This document shows, piece after piece, positions 1 to 9,612 of a DNA stretch of 34,082 bases. A program made the translations under genes and the position numbers. The stretch covers positions 1-34,082 of the IMG/VR virus record IMGVR_UViG_3300045988_014597. One strand, written 5' to 3'. The notes beneath the pieces are model-generated. The model was not told where the DNA came from and made no database searches. It worked only from the letters and a program-made list of their open reading frames with translations. Positions within the stretch are counted from its first letter, which is position 1, and each line of letters opens with the position of its first letter. Source of the stretch: a virus (taxonomy: Duplodnaviria; Heunggongvirae; Uroviricota; Caudoviricetes).

Positions 1-23
1 CCCTATTATATTGGGGTGTGCAA
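1..23 (-). promoter_or_regulatory. Partial family B promoter (TTGCAC-N17-[TACTAT outside window]) pointing leftward out of the window
   Basis: Reverse complement of 1-23 is TTGCACACCCCAATATAATAGGG, nearly identical to the -35 and spacer of the promoter at 21236-21258. The -10 would lie just before position 1. Confidence 0.45.
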
Positions 24-130
24 GTAGTGTGCTAGAATAAGTTTGCGCCTAGTGTCGCACACGAAAAGCGGGTGGTTCCCGTCTGGCGCATTAACCTTAA
101 CCTGTAACCTCTTAACCAAAGGATTAAAGA

Positions 131-547
131 ATGAAACTTTCTGATTTTTATTTCGAAGAGAAAGCACTGGTGGGCAAGAAGATGCATATTCTCCTGCCAA
201 ATGGCGAAGACTCAGGTGAGTGGCTTAACGTCGTAAGTCCTGACGCCGATGTCGCCGTTAAAGCAGGGCGTGCTTTCATTATCGCGTACCGCCGCGGGTT
301 GGCGCGCTTTGAAGAACTGGAAAAAGCCGCCAAAGAATCCGGCGACTATACTGAATATAATCTGGCCATTAACGAACTAGCGGAAGACCTCAACCGACAA
401 CTCGCGGCAGAAGTCGTAAACGGCTGGAGCTTTGATGAGCCTTTCTCTAAAGAAGCATTTAACGAATTGCTGGACCAGTTCAAGGTATTAGGGACACAGG
501 TGGCCGCGTTCCATAACGCCGAGCGCAAAGCATTACAGGAAAAGTAG
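131..547 (+). CDS. Tail assembly chaperone (lambda gpG-like), 138 aa
   Basis: ORF directly upstream of the tape measure gene; an overlapping downstream frame is reachable by a -1 shift, the classic G/GT arrangement. Product assigned by synteny, not by motif. Confidence 0.55.
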   Translation: MKLSDFYFEEKALVGKKMHILLPNGEDSGEWLNVVSPDADVAVKAGRAFIIAYRRGLARFEELEKAAKESGDYTEYNLAINELAEDLNRQLAAEVVNGWSFDEPFSKEAFNELLDQFKVLGTQVAAFHNAERKALQEK

Positions 548-912
548 ACGCGCTGTACAGGTTCGCCACCTACGAGTTTGTGGATAAGCATAAAATCAGA
601 GAGTTTGATTCTATAGCTGACGGTCACGAACAGGCGCTTATCGCGATGGGTGTAATCGATAAGAAAAAACGTGCAGCGCGACGGGGCGGGCCAGAATGCC
701 CGCCCCTTTTTATATCCACCTTTGAGACGTATTGCGACATTAAGTTTACGCGACACGTGCGCGAGGACGCTGTAGTATTGTTCGCAAGAGAATCCGTTAC
801 GTGGCAAGACCTGAAAGCCTATCTCGATGTTACGCAAAAACAGCTTAGCCTGTTCGAGATAGACATTATCATGGGCTTAGAAGCAATCTTTGAAGGTAGA
901 AATCATGGCTGA
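541..912 (+). CDS. Frameshift extension of the tail assembly chaperone (gpT-like part of a G-T fusion)
   Basis: The -1 frame is open from 517 to the TGA at 910-912 and overlaps the tape measure start. Candidate slippery site GAAAAG at 539-544, immediately before the TAG stop at 545-547. Confidence 0.45.
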   Translation, partial: KVDALYRFATYEFVDKHKIREFDSIADGHEQALIAMGVIDKKKRAARRGGPECPPLFISTFETYCDIKFTRHVREDAVVLFARESVTWQDLKAYLDVTQKQLSLFEIDIIMGLEAIFEGRNHG

Positions 913-3331
913 TACCGCTAGCTTGATAGTACGAGTATCATCGACCGGCGTCGATAAAACCACATCCCAACTGAACGGGCTTACTAAGGCGGCGGGGGCG
1001 GCCGCCGCTGCCGTTGTCAGCCTGGAAACCGCCAAGCAGGTGTTCAGTGCGCTGGTGGCATCCCAGCGAAACTTCGATAAGCTGAACTCTGGCCTCATCA
1101 CGATGACCGGGAGCGCCGAGAATGCCGCTAAGGCTTTCAGCGTCCTGCAACAGTTCGCAAAAGAGACACCGTACGGGCTTAACCAGGCCGTAGAAGGGTT
1201 TACCAAGCTCGTGGCGCTGGGTCTCAACCCCAGCAAAGAGGCGTTAATCTCCTACGGCAACACTGCCGCGGCGATGGGCAAGGACCTTAATCAGATGATT
1301 GAGGCCGTAGCGGACGCCAGTACCTTTGAATTTGAGCGTCTGAAAGAGTTTGGTATCAAGTCTTCCCAACAGGCGGATACAGTTTCGTTCACGTTCCGCG
1401 GCGTAACAACCACGGTTAAAAAGAACTCCGAAGAGATTCAGAAATACCTGCTAAATATCGGTAACACTGATTTCGCCGGGGCGATGGAAACGCGCTCGAA
1501 GACCTTAGATGGTCAGTTATCGAGCCTGGCGGACTCCTTCGATGGCCTTGTTCTTGCCGTAGCGCAATCCGGTTTTGGCGACGCGGTAGGTGCGCAAGCG
1601 GCAACGGCGGAAGATGCTATCACGGCACTCACCGACGCTATCGCGTCTAATGAGATCGCCGCCACGCTCCAGGATTGGGTGACACTGTTCAATGAATCGT
1701 TCAAGTTTATTTCTGATGCCTTGAATGACCTGGCATATGACACTGAGAACAAATCCACAGATATGTCAGACTCGCTGGGAACTATCCCGGACGCTATCCG
1801 AGAGTGGCTGCCTGACATTCAGCAGACATTCCACGAGGTTATTGCGTGGTTCCAGCGCATTGACGACTACGCAGTAGCATTAGGTCAGACCCTTGCCGAT
1901 GTGTTTGACCCGAGCAAAACGGCGGCGCTCACATTTAAAAACCTGACCGCGGAGGCTGACGCAGCATACACTGCCAGTATAAAACGCGCAGAGGCCGAAT
2001 CACAGGCCATTACCAACAGGTCTAAGCAGCGTAAGAAAGAAATTGAGGAACAGCGCAAGCAGTACGACGAGCGCAAGAAGCAAGAAATTGACCTAGCCAG
2101 CCTTGTTAACGGAAAGGGCGGAAAGGGTGGAACTGGTGGGGCTGGAAGCACCAACGACAAAGACGCGAAAGCCGCCGCTAAGAAAGCGGAGCAATTGCGT
2201 AAACAGGCGCAAGATTATCTCGATACTCTGGCCCGCCAGAACAACGACGAGATAAAGGCTATTGACGCGCAAGAACAACAGAAACTTAAGGAGGCCGCAA
2301 AATATCGGAAAGAAGGGGCACTAACCGCCGAAGAATATGAAAAGGCAAAAACAGCGATAGTTCTTCAATACGGGCAAAAACGGCAAGAAGCTCTCGACAA
2401 AGAATTAGCCGAGGAGCAGAAAAAACTGCAACAAGGCGTAGCGGTGCTGGCGTCAATAGACCCTGTCGCTAACCTACAGCTTGAGCGGCAGAAGAGACTT
2501 GCAGTTATAGAGGAGTATGAGGCCCAAGAAAACTCAATACATGAAGTCGCGTTGCAGGCACGGGCGGAACTGGACAAGCAATATAACGATGGGCTGGCTG
2601 CCGCAGCTGAGGAGCGTTTCCGCAACCAGTCCGAGTGGAACAATATGCTTATGGATTCCCTCGACGCGGTGGGTGCTTCCGCGTCCAGCTCCATAGTCGG
2701 ACTTATTAATGGTACTCAGACCGCTAGCGAAGCAATGGCAAACCTCGGCAACGCAATCCTGTCATCGGTCGTTTCAGGGCTAACACAGATGGGGGTGGAG
2801 TACCTGAAAAACATGATTATAGGCCAAACGGCATCCGCGGCGACTATAGCGACAGCATCGGCTACCGGCGCGGCGATTGCTGCAGCGTATGCCCCCGCCG
2901 CGGCGATGGCTTCTCTGGCGTCATTTGGGGCTAACAGTGTTCCCGCTATGTCGGGCATCACAACCACGGTGGCGAGTACCCAAGCGTTGGCCTTAACTGG
3001 ATTTCGCGAACAGGGCGGGCAAATGAACGCGGGCGGCAGCTATCTTGTTGGCGAACGCGGCCCTGAGATTATCAGGATGCCAGGGGCCGGGCGCGCGGTG
3101 AACGCAAGCCAAACACGACAACAGTTAAATGGCAACAGTAGCAGAAATGGCGGTGATAACGTGACAATCGTCAACAACACCACCGGACGCGTTGATTCCG
3201 CCGTAACAGAACGTGATGACGAAGGGCGTTTACGTATTATAATCAGTGAAACAGTAGCGTCGCAGTTACAGGACAACAACTCACCGATTTCTAAAGCCCG
3301 CCGCTCTACTCGCGGTCGGCCGGGGTATTAA
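905..3331 (+). CDS. Tail tape measure protein
   Basis: Protein of about 800 aa, Ala/Gln/Glu/Lys-rich with coiled-coil character and a Gly-rich stretch (GKGGKGGTGGAG). Sits between chaperone and tail-tip genes. ATG at 905 preferred over the TTG at 890 used by the ORF track. Confidence 0.85.
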   Translation: MADTASLIVRVSSTGVDKTTSQLNGLTKAAGAAAAAVVSLETAKQVFSALVASQRNFDKLNSGLITMTGSAENAAKAFSVLQQFAKETPYGLNQAVEGFTKLVALGLNPSKEALISYGNTAAAMGKDLNQMIEAVADASTFEFERLKEFGIKSSQQADTVSFTFRGVTTTVKKNSEEIQKYLLNIGNTDFAGAMETRSKTLDGQLSSLADSFDGLVLAVAQSGFGDAVGAQAATAEDAITALTDAIASNEIAATLQDWVTLFNESFKFISDALNDLAYDTENKSTDMSDSLGTIPDAIREWLPDIQQTFHEVIAWFQRIDDYAVALGQTLADVFDPSKTAALTFKNLTAEADAAYTASIKRAEAESQAITNRSKQRKKEIEEQRKQYDERKKQEIDLASLVNGKGGKGGTGGAGSTNDKDAKAAAKKAEQLRKQAQDYLDTLARQNNDEIKAIDAQEQQKLKEAAKYRKEGALTAEEYEKAKTAIVLQYGQKRQEALDKELAEEQKKLQQGVAVLASIDPVANLQLERQKRLAVIEEYEAQENSIHEVALQARAELDKQYNDGLAAAAEERFRNQSEWNNMLMDSLDAVGASASSSIVGLINGTQTASEAMANLGNAILSSVVSGLTQMGVEYLKNMIIGQTASAATIATASATGAAIAAAYAPAAAMASLASFGANSVPAMSGITTTVASTQALALTGFREQGGQMNAGGSYLVGERGPEIIRMPGAGRAVNASQTRQQLNGNSSRNGGDNVTIVNNTTGRVDSAVTERDDEGRLRIIISETVASQLQDNNSPISKARRSTRGRPGY

Positions 3332-3334
3332 ACT

Positions 3335-3832
3335 ATGTCTTCTTTAAGATTCCCTATGTCCCTTCGTCCGATAGTGTCGAAGGGGTACTCCCAGACCAGG
3401 GGGAGTAATATCTGGCGCACCGAGGTTCAGGGCGGATTACCTCGTCAGGGGCGAGACACGTACTTTGAACCGGTGCCGATTAGCGTGACGCTCGTCGTAT
3501 CGTCTCTCGGTCGCCAGGCTTTCTATAGCTTCCTGAACAACATCGACGGCGGGGCGTCCTCGTTTATCATGCCGCATGATACGGGTATGGGTATCGAGGA
3601 CCACCAGGTACTTATCACGTCAACGATTAGTGACAGCACCGACGACGGCAAGAACTGGGTAATCTCGTTCACAGCAACAGCAGAACGCACAGCGATTCAG
3701 GAAGACACATGTCTTACGAAGAATCTTCCCGATTTGTTCGGCTGCTACGGCGATTGCTTAGGCGATTTCCTTAAAGCATACGGAGCTGCACAATCAACGT
3801 TTCCACGAATTTGGGACCCAATGCAATCATGA
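3335..3832 (+). CDS. Minor tail protein (lambda gpM-like / distal tail protein), 165 aa
   Basis: First gene after the tape measure in a lambda-like H-M-L-K-J order. Assigned by synteny and size. Confidence 0.55.
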   Translation: MSSLRFPMSLRPIVSKGYSQTRGSNIWRTEVQGGLPRQGRDTYFEPVPISVTLVVSSLGRQAFYSFLNNIDGGASSFIMPHDTGMGIEDHQVLITSTISDSTDDGKNWVISFTATAERTAIQEDTCLTKNLPDLFGCYGDCLGDFLKAYGAAQSTFPRIWDPMQS

Positions 3833-3942
3833 GCAGAAGCAAAGAATTAGTTAACGCCCATATGCGAGGGTGGTTTAATTATTGCCGTCTGCATAGCGAT
3901 ATAGAACGCGCATACCGCAGCGTTAAGAGAGCATATAAATGA
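3829..3942 (+). CDS. Small hypothetical protein, 37 aa
   Basis: ATG overlaps the upstream stop (ATGA) and its TGA overlaps the downstream ATG at 3939 (ATGA), suggesting translational coupling. Too short for the ORF track. Confidence 0.3.
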   Translation: MSRSKELVNAHMRGWFNYCRLHSDIERAYRSVKRAYK

Positions 3943-4454
3943 GCCAGGAATCAGTAGAAGCCGCCTATCGCCGTAAGCTGGCCTCGAATCCCGACGGCGA
4001 GATGGATTACATCACGTTGCAAATCAGCCACCCGTTGCTATCGAAGACGTACTATCTTGTGCGCGGGCTACAGGAACTCACGGCAACACTGGAGACGGGC
4101 GAAACAATCACGTTCGAACCAACCCCAATGGAAGCGTCGGGGGCGGCTAACAACAGTGATATGGACCAGACGACGACGTTTACTCTGCCGGATATTCTCA
4201 ATCAACTTGATGATGAGATGGATAAAATCCCTATGAGTAACACCGAGTTGCCTAAGTTCGTCTTCCGCCGTTACGTCAGCACCGACCTGTCTTATCCGGC
4301 TGACGGCCCGGTCGTGTACGAGTTACAGGCCATCAACCAGGAGAAAGGCGAGTTCTCCGCGGATGTCGGCACACCTATGCTGAACCAACGAAGCACTGGT
4401 ATACTGATGACACCTAAAGAGATACCGTTATTACGCGGCCTGTTGACCACATGA
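3939..4454 (+). CDS. Minor tail protein (lambda gpL-like), 171 aa
   Basis: Position in the tail-tip cluster; stop overlaps the next start. Confidence 0.55.
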   Translation: MSQESVEAAYRRKLASNPDGEMDYITLQISHPLLSKTYYLVRGLQELTATLETGETITFEPTPMEASGAANNSDMDQTTTFTLPDILNQLDDEMDKIPMSNTELPKFVFRRYVSTDLSYPADGPVVYELQAINQEKGEFSADVGTPMLNQRSTGILMTPKEIPLLRGLLTT

Positions 4455-4816
4455 ATATTAACGACTACACGGGCATACCTTACGACTTTCGTAAACGCAA
4501 TTGCTGGCATCACGTGCGCATTGTACGCGCGGATGCCGGGTTAGATACCCCGGCGTTCGATGTTACAAGCCCGACGGCAATTAACGAAGCGTTTGACGAA
4601 GGCCACCGTGACACGAAGGGGCTTACAAAAATAGATAAGCCTGAAAACTTCTGTGCGGTGCTTATGGGGTATCGCCGTGGTGGTCGTATCGTGTGGCACG
4701 CGGGAGTTTACTTCGACGGGATGGTGAGCCATTGCGAGCTTGCATCCCGTCAAGTACGGCTTGACAGGCTGGCGGACCTCAGAGACACGTACACGGAGAT
4801 TGAATTTTGGCGATAA
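4451..4816 (+). CDS. Tail-tip NlpC/P60-type peptidase (lambda gpK-like), 121 aa
   Basis: Cys/His pair typical of NlpC/P60 (RNCWHH ... WHAGVYFDGMVSHC). Sits between the L-like and J-like genes. Confidence 0.55.
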   Translation: MNINDYTGIPYDFRKRNCWHHVRIVRADAGLDTPAFDVTSPTAINEAFDEGHRDTKGLTKIDKPENFCAVLMGYRRGGRIVWHAGVYFDGMVSHCELASRQVRLDRLADLRDTYTEIEFWR

Positions 4817-7362
4817 TCCTGCACTACACGCGAAACGCTGATGGCGCTTTCGACCGTACAAAACACGTCGGGATGCCGATGGAGTTTGTTGTTAACCGTA
4901 TCCCTGACGGCGTGCCTGTGCGCGTCTACCTCGGTGAGATTGGTGATGATACTGACGTAACGGACGACTTCGATGCGCTTAAAGACGATGACGCGGTGTA
5001 CCATATTATTGAGGGTGCCGGTGGTGGGATAGGTAACGCCATTGGTAAGGTATTTGGTTTTATCCTTAAGCCAATTGCCAAGTTATTTGGCCTGAACAGG
5101 TCCACTAACGCCAACTACACGGCGATTAACAACCAGACAACGTCACCGAATAACAGCCTCACAGACCGCTCCAATAAGCCGCGCCCTTACGAGCGCTCCT
5201 ATGACATCTGCGGGACTGTACAGACAATCCCTAATGACCTGATGCAGACGTATAAGGCGTTCAACTCCACAGGCGCTTTGCTGGAGTATTCGTACTATGA
5301 CGCAGGGCGCGGGCATCTGCATATTGAGGCTGATGGCGTCACAGAGGGCGACACCCTGATAAGCGACATCACAGGCTCCTCTGTTGCCGTGTATGCGCCG
5401 TATACGTCGCCGAACAACACCACATCTCCGCAACTACAAATCGGTGACGTCATTGACCAGAAACTCTATGTGACATACTCCAACGACGACGTTGACGGTA
5501 TTGTATTGAAAGCGCCAAACGACATCGGGGCTAACCCAAGCGCCGGTGGCACCGCCAAACGTATTTCAACCACCGGCTACATCTACGACCCGTCAGGCGA
5601 CTCCGCTTTTTCTGAGTTTCTTAGCGTCGGTGATGTCGCGGTGCTGAGCAACTTTGATGTTAAGGACGTCACTAACCTGAACGGCTCGTTTGAGGTTTTA
5701 TATGTCGACGACTTTGAGGTTCGGTTGTACGTCGGGGATATAGGTAACTGGGGCAACCTTAATAGCGGAGAGACTTACGCACTTACAGAGCGTTCAGATA
5801 CGTTTATAGGCCCAAGCAACACGTACGATGTGTCTCTTACAGACTGGTACTACATGGTTCGCGGAGAGGTTGACCGGGTGCTAGCTAATGTTGCCGGGCA
5901 GAACGGCCTCTACAAATACGACGGCGGCTATAACCGCACCAGCGTAACCGTAGAACTCCAGTACCAGATGATTGACTCCCAACGTAACCCGTTGAGCGAT
6001 ATCTACACGGTACAGGCCACAATTACAGGCAATAATACTGACTACGTCGGCACGTCCATTTATGGGCAGTTACCGACAGCATCGCGCTTCCGCGCCCGTA
6101 TGCGCCGTGTGACTAATTTCGACAAGGACTACGACGGTACCGTAAGTGACGAGATAACCTTCATCAACCTGTATGGGCAGTCTCTTGACACAACCCCACA
6201 CTACGGCAACCGAACTACCGTACATTGCGCCCGTAAACAGACGCCGCGGGCCGCGAGTATCGATAACCCGGAACTGCGCATGATTGCAACCGAGATGTGC
6301 TACAAATATCTCGGTAATGGGGTATTCGATACGGTAATGACTCCGAACACGCAGGCGGTGCAGTCACTAATCAGACTGGCACGCGACCCCGCAGTTGGTA
6401 ATCTGGAACTGACAACGGCAAATATGGACAAGTTACTTTCCGTGCAGGAAGAGATTGAGTCCTATTTTGGTAGCGAATTAGCGGGGCAGTTCTGCTACAC
6501 GTTCGACGACTACGACACCACGATGCAGGACATCGTTCAGACTATAGCGGAAGCCGTGTTCTGCACCGCGTACCGTAAAGGCGCGGATATTATGCTGCGA
6601 TTCGACCGTCCGGTTGCTGGGCCTGAGATGGTGTTCACCCACCGCAGCAAAACGACCGGTACGGAGAAATGGACCCGCACGTTCAACGATTCGACAACCT
6701 ACGATAGCCTGTCATTCTCGTACATTGACCCTGATACTAACGTACAGGAAACGATTTATATCCCGGAAGAGCTAGGCGCAAATACGGAGGAATACGAATC
6801 AAAGGGCGTGCGCAACTATCAGCAGGCGTACTGGCTGGCGTGGCGTCGCTACCAACGCAATGCGTTAAGTAAAGTTGTCGTAGAGTTCGAAGCTACGGAA
6901 GAAGGCGCTCTCGCTACCCCGGGTGGCGTAATCAGCGTGGTTAAAGGTTCACGTATCGCACCCCAGGATGGTTATGTTGTTGCCGTTAATGGGCTTACAC
7001 TTACGCTGTCCCAGCCTGTTACGTTTACTCCCGGGGACGACCACGCCATCATCCTCAAGAAGCGCGACGGCTCTGTGCAGAGTATCTCTGTTATAAAAGG
7101 AAGCCATGACCGCGAGGTTATTATGCTATCTGCGCCGGAGGAGGCAATCTACACGGGGAATAGCGCACTAAAAACTGAGTTTTCATTCGGCAACGAAGCA
7201 AGGCATAATGCTCAGAAGATAGTTGTTTCTTCAATCGACCCTGGCGACGACCGCACGGTCAAGATTACTGGCTACAACTATGACGACGGATTCTATAAAT
7301 ACGACGGCGTCGCACCTTTAGGTCGCGGTTTCTCCGACGGATTCAGCAATGGTTTTAATTAA
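4807..7362 (+). CDS. Tail tip / host specificity protein (gpJ-like central fibre), 851 aa
   Basis: Large ORF after the K-like gene. Start uncertain: TTG at 4807 with GGAG upstream, or an internal ATG near 4873. Confidence 0.6.
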   Translation: MAIILHYTRNADGAFDRTKHVGMPMEFVVNRIPDGVPVRVYLGEIGDDTDVTDDFDALKDDDAVYHIIEGAGGGIGNAIGKVFGFILKPIAKLFGLNRSTNANYTAINNQTTSPNNSLTDRSNKPRPYERSYDICGTVQTIPNDLMQTYKAFNSTGALLEYSYYDAGRGHLHIEADGVTEGDTLISDITGSSVAVYAPYTSPNNTTSPQLQIGDVIDQKLYVTYSNDDVDGIVLKAPNDIGANPSAGGTAKRISTTGYIYDPSGDSAFSEFLSVGDVAVLSNFDVKDVTNLNGSFEVLYVDDFEVRLYVGDIGNWGNLNSGETYALTERSDTFIGPSNTYDVSLTDWYYMVRGEVDRVLANVAGQNGLYKYDGGYNRTSVTVELQYQMIDSQRNPLSDIYTVQATITGNNTDYVGTSIYGQLPTASRFRARMRRVTNFDKDYDGTVSDEITFINLYGQSLDTTPHYGNRTTVHCARKQTPRAASIDNPELRMIATEMCYKYLGNGVFDTVMTPNTQAVQSLIRLARDPAVGNLELTTANMDKLLSVQEEIESYFGSELAGQFCYTFDDYDTTMQDIVQTIAEAVFCTAYRKGADIMLRFDRPVAGPEMVFTHRSKTTGTEKWTRTFNDSTTYDSLSFSYIDPDTNVQETIYIPEELGANTEEYESKGVRNYQQAYWLAWRRYQRNALSKVVVEFEATEEGALATPGGVISVVKGSRIAPQDGYVVAVNGLTLTLSQPVTFTPGDDHAIILKKRDGSVQSISVIKGSHDREVIMLSAPEEAIYTGNSALKTEFSFGNEARHNAQKIVVSSIDPGDDRTVKITGYNYDDGFYKYDGVAPLGRGFSDGFSNGFN

Positions 7363-7374
7363 AGAGGACTCTAT

Positions 7375-9255
7375 ATGTCAAGCGGATGTGGTGACGTTTT
7401 AAGCCTGGCGGATTTACAAACCGCCAAGAAACACCAGATTTTCGAGGCCGAGGTTATCACGGGTAAGTCCGGTGGGGTTGCTGGTGGTGCTGATATTGAT
7501 TACGCGACCAATGCGGTTACGGGTCAGACGCAGAAGACACTCCCGGCGATACTGCGCGATACTGGGTTTTCTCCGGTATCGTGGGATTTTTCCACAGGCG
7601 GAACGTTAACAGTTAATGACCGCGACAAAGTGGTTTATGACCCTGTAAGCAAAACGTGGTATTCATACACCGGTACACTGCCGGTGACCGTTCCAGCTGG
7701 GTTTAACCCCGTGGGCAGTGCTGACTGGAAACCCCAGACGGACCCAGATTTGAGGGAAGAACTAGCGGATACCAGTAGTATTGTTAATGGTGATGCTTTA
7801 GTGGGAGTGCGCCAGCCTTTTGCCGGTGCTGTTTCCCGTACTCAGCATGATAAAAATAAAGAATATGTATCTGTTACTGATTTCATCACGCCGGGTGAGT
7901 CAGACTCTGCGGATAAGACTTACGCGTTCCAAGCGGCTGTCGACTCTCTTACATCTGCGGGTGGTGAAATTCACATTCCAAATGGTGGATTTTGGGTAGT
8001 AGAGGGTATTGTAACTCTTAATAAATCAGTAACTATAAGAGGGTCAGGGTCTACCCCAACTACGTTAATTAAAAAAAGTAACACAAATTCCACGTTTTTT
8101 AATGTGGCGGAGGAGTCATGCTCCATCCGCGACCTACGATTGATAGGTGCTGCGGGTTCTACCGGTGGTTTCGCGATCACAACGGCGACAAACGCAAGTC
8201 GTCTCCATATTGATAACGTGCAGATTCGAGCTACGCACAGTGGTATAAATCTTAAAGCAAATTTATTTTCGTTGTCACATATAGAAATCGTGGACATTAA
8301 CTCACCCGGTGGGGTAGGAATTGAGGTAGACCAATCCGGCGTAGTAGACGGGGTTGGCCTCATCACATCAACTGTTATACAGAACGGCGATGGTGTAGAA
8401 CCCTACGCAGGCATATTTCTAAGGCACGCTATCGGCATCCTTATATCTGATACTCAGTTGATGCAGGCAGGTAAAGCGATGGTAATGCAGCCCGGAGCTA
8501 CTCAGGGTGTCAGCTCTATAAAAATAGTTAATACATATTTTGATACATCAGATGATGGTGGGCTTTTTATTGATAATACCTCCGGCGGGGATATCTCCCG
8601 TATAACAATCGCCGATTCTTGGTTAGCAAGCAGTAAAAACAGTTCCGGGTTAGTTATTCAGGCCGGGTCCAATATCCGTGGCCTCAAAGTATCCTCTTGC
8701 GAATTCTATGACAGCATTACCGGATTAAACGTAGGTGATAATACTGTAGTGCAAAATTTAGACGTAAGTGATTGTGTGTTTTCTGGGCACACAGCCGCGG
8801 ATGTTTCAATAGGCACTAACGTTTCAAATTTCTCGTTCACTAATTGTCGTTCTGGTGCCCTAGGTGGTTTCGCCGCTTCCCCATTTGGGTTATATATAAA
8901 CCCTGGCTGCGGCAACTTTAGCGTAATAGGTAATGAATTCCATGCTATAAACGATGCATCATACCCCTCTAGCGGGGTACTTATCGCCGATAACCGCCAA
9001 TGGGGCTTCGCTCAGGTTACATATGACCCTCCCGTAATCGCTCCAGTAACAAGTATAGAGAGCACAATAGGTGTACCGGGGGCCAGGCCAGGCGATGTAG
9101 TTGATATATCGTTTACCACAGATTTACAGGGGGTTCTTCTCCTTGGTTGGGTATCTGGTAACGATGTTGTGTCGTTCAGGATGTTTAATAGCACAGGTGC
9201 TAATAGGGATTTAGGGGCAGGAATAATTAAGGCAAGAATAAAAAGAATGTCATAA
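7375..9255 (+). CDS. Tailspike / tail fibre with pectate-lyase-like right-handed beta-helix (putative depolymerase), 626 aa
   Basis: N-terminal region of about 130 aa followed by repetitive beta-helix-like segments (IRDLRLIG, NVQIRATHSG, SSCEFYDS, SDCVFSGHT). The 3' two thirds is visibly AT-richer than neighbours. Confidence 0.7.
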   Translation: MSSGCGDVLSLADLQTAKKHQIFEAEVITGKSGGVAGGADIDYATNAVTGQTQKTLPAILRDTGFSPVSWDFSTGGTLTVNDRDKVVYDPVSKTWYSYTGTLPVTVPAGFNPVGSADWKPQTDPDLREELADTSSIVNGDALVGVRQPFAGAVSRTQHDKNKEYVSVTDFITPGESDSADKTYAFQAAVDSLTSAGGEIHIPNGGFWVVEGIVTLNKSVTIRGSGSTPTTLIKKSNTNSTFFNVAEESCSIRDLRLIGAAGSTGGFAITTATNASRLHIDNVQIRATHSGINLKANLFSLSHIEIVDINSPGGVGIEVDQSGVVDGVGLITSTVIQNGDGVEPYAGIFLRHAIGILISDTQLMQAGKAMVMQPGATQGVSSIKIVNTYFDTSDDGGLFIDNTSGGDISRITIADSWLASSKNSSGLVIQAGSNIRGLKVSSCEFYDSITGLNVGDNTVVQNLDVSDCVFSGHTAADVSIGTNVSNFSFTNCRSGALGGFAASPFGLYINPGCGNFSVIGNEFHAINDASYPSSGVLIADNRQWGFAQVTYDPPVIAPVTSIESTIGVPGARPGDVVDISFTTDLQGVLLLGWVSGNDVVSFRMFNSTGANRDLGAGIIKARIKRMS

Positions 9256-9260
9256 AACTA

Positions 9261-9285
9261 AGGCCCCGTTTGGGGCCTTTTCTCT
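9261..9285. terminator. Bidirectional intrinsic terminator between convergent tail and replication modules
   Basis: AGGCCCC-GTTT-GGGGCCT hairpin flanked by an A-run upstream and a T-run downstream. Confidence 0.7.
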
Positions 9286-9424
9286 ACTCTTCAGATAACT
9301 TCTCCAGTACAAACGCCAGTTGCGCATTAGCGGCATCCCTCTGTTGCCGTAACCGCAGAACCTCTTCTTCAAGCTCCTTGATACGTTTTTGCAATGCTGG
9401 AATCGGGGCTATGATGTTCATCAT
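9284..9424 (-). CDS. Small coiled-coil hypothetical protein, 46 aa
   Basis: Reverse-strand ORF (MMNIIAPIPALQKRIKELEEEV...) whose ATG overlaps the stop of the upstream gene (ATGA). Too short for the ORF track. Confidence 0.3.
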   Translation of the reverse strand: MMNIIAPIPALQKRIKELEEEVLRLRQQRDAANAQLAFVLEKLSEE

Positions 9425-9612
9425 TCGAACTCCATAAAATCACCATTTACCGACTCTGTGTAAATTAGTCCTGTTCTATCATCGTAGCACGCACCCCAAC
9501 GATTGGCAGTGTTATCCATCACCACGAATTGCCCATCACCTTTGTACTCCGCAGCATAATAATTACCTTCATCGAAAACACCTATAGTAGAACTTACGCA
9601 AAACAGTTTCAT
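9421..9612 (-). CDS. Hypothetical protein, 63 aa
   Basis: ORF in the reverse-strand operon, contiguous with the helicase gene. Confidence 0.45.
   Translation of the reverse strand: MKLFCVSSTIGVFDEGNYYAAEYKGDGQFVVMDNTANRWGACYDDRTGLIYTESVNGDFMEFE

Noticed and set aside
346-837. 163 aa reverse-strand ORF overlapping the tail chaperone genes
   Set aside because: Entirely antisense to a well-supported chaperone / frameshift arrangement, with no promoter or ribosome-binding site context. Treated as a spurious antisense ORF, as were 6-200, 7971-8366, 27956-28753 and 31945-32430.
2104-2150. Gly-rich repetitive stretch (GKGGKGGTGGAG) in the tape measure gene
   Set aside because: Low-complexity coding sequence typical of tape measure proteins; not a CRISPR array or tandem DNA repeat element.
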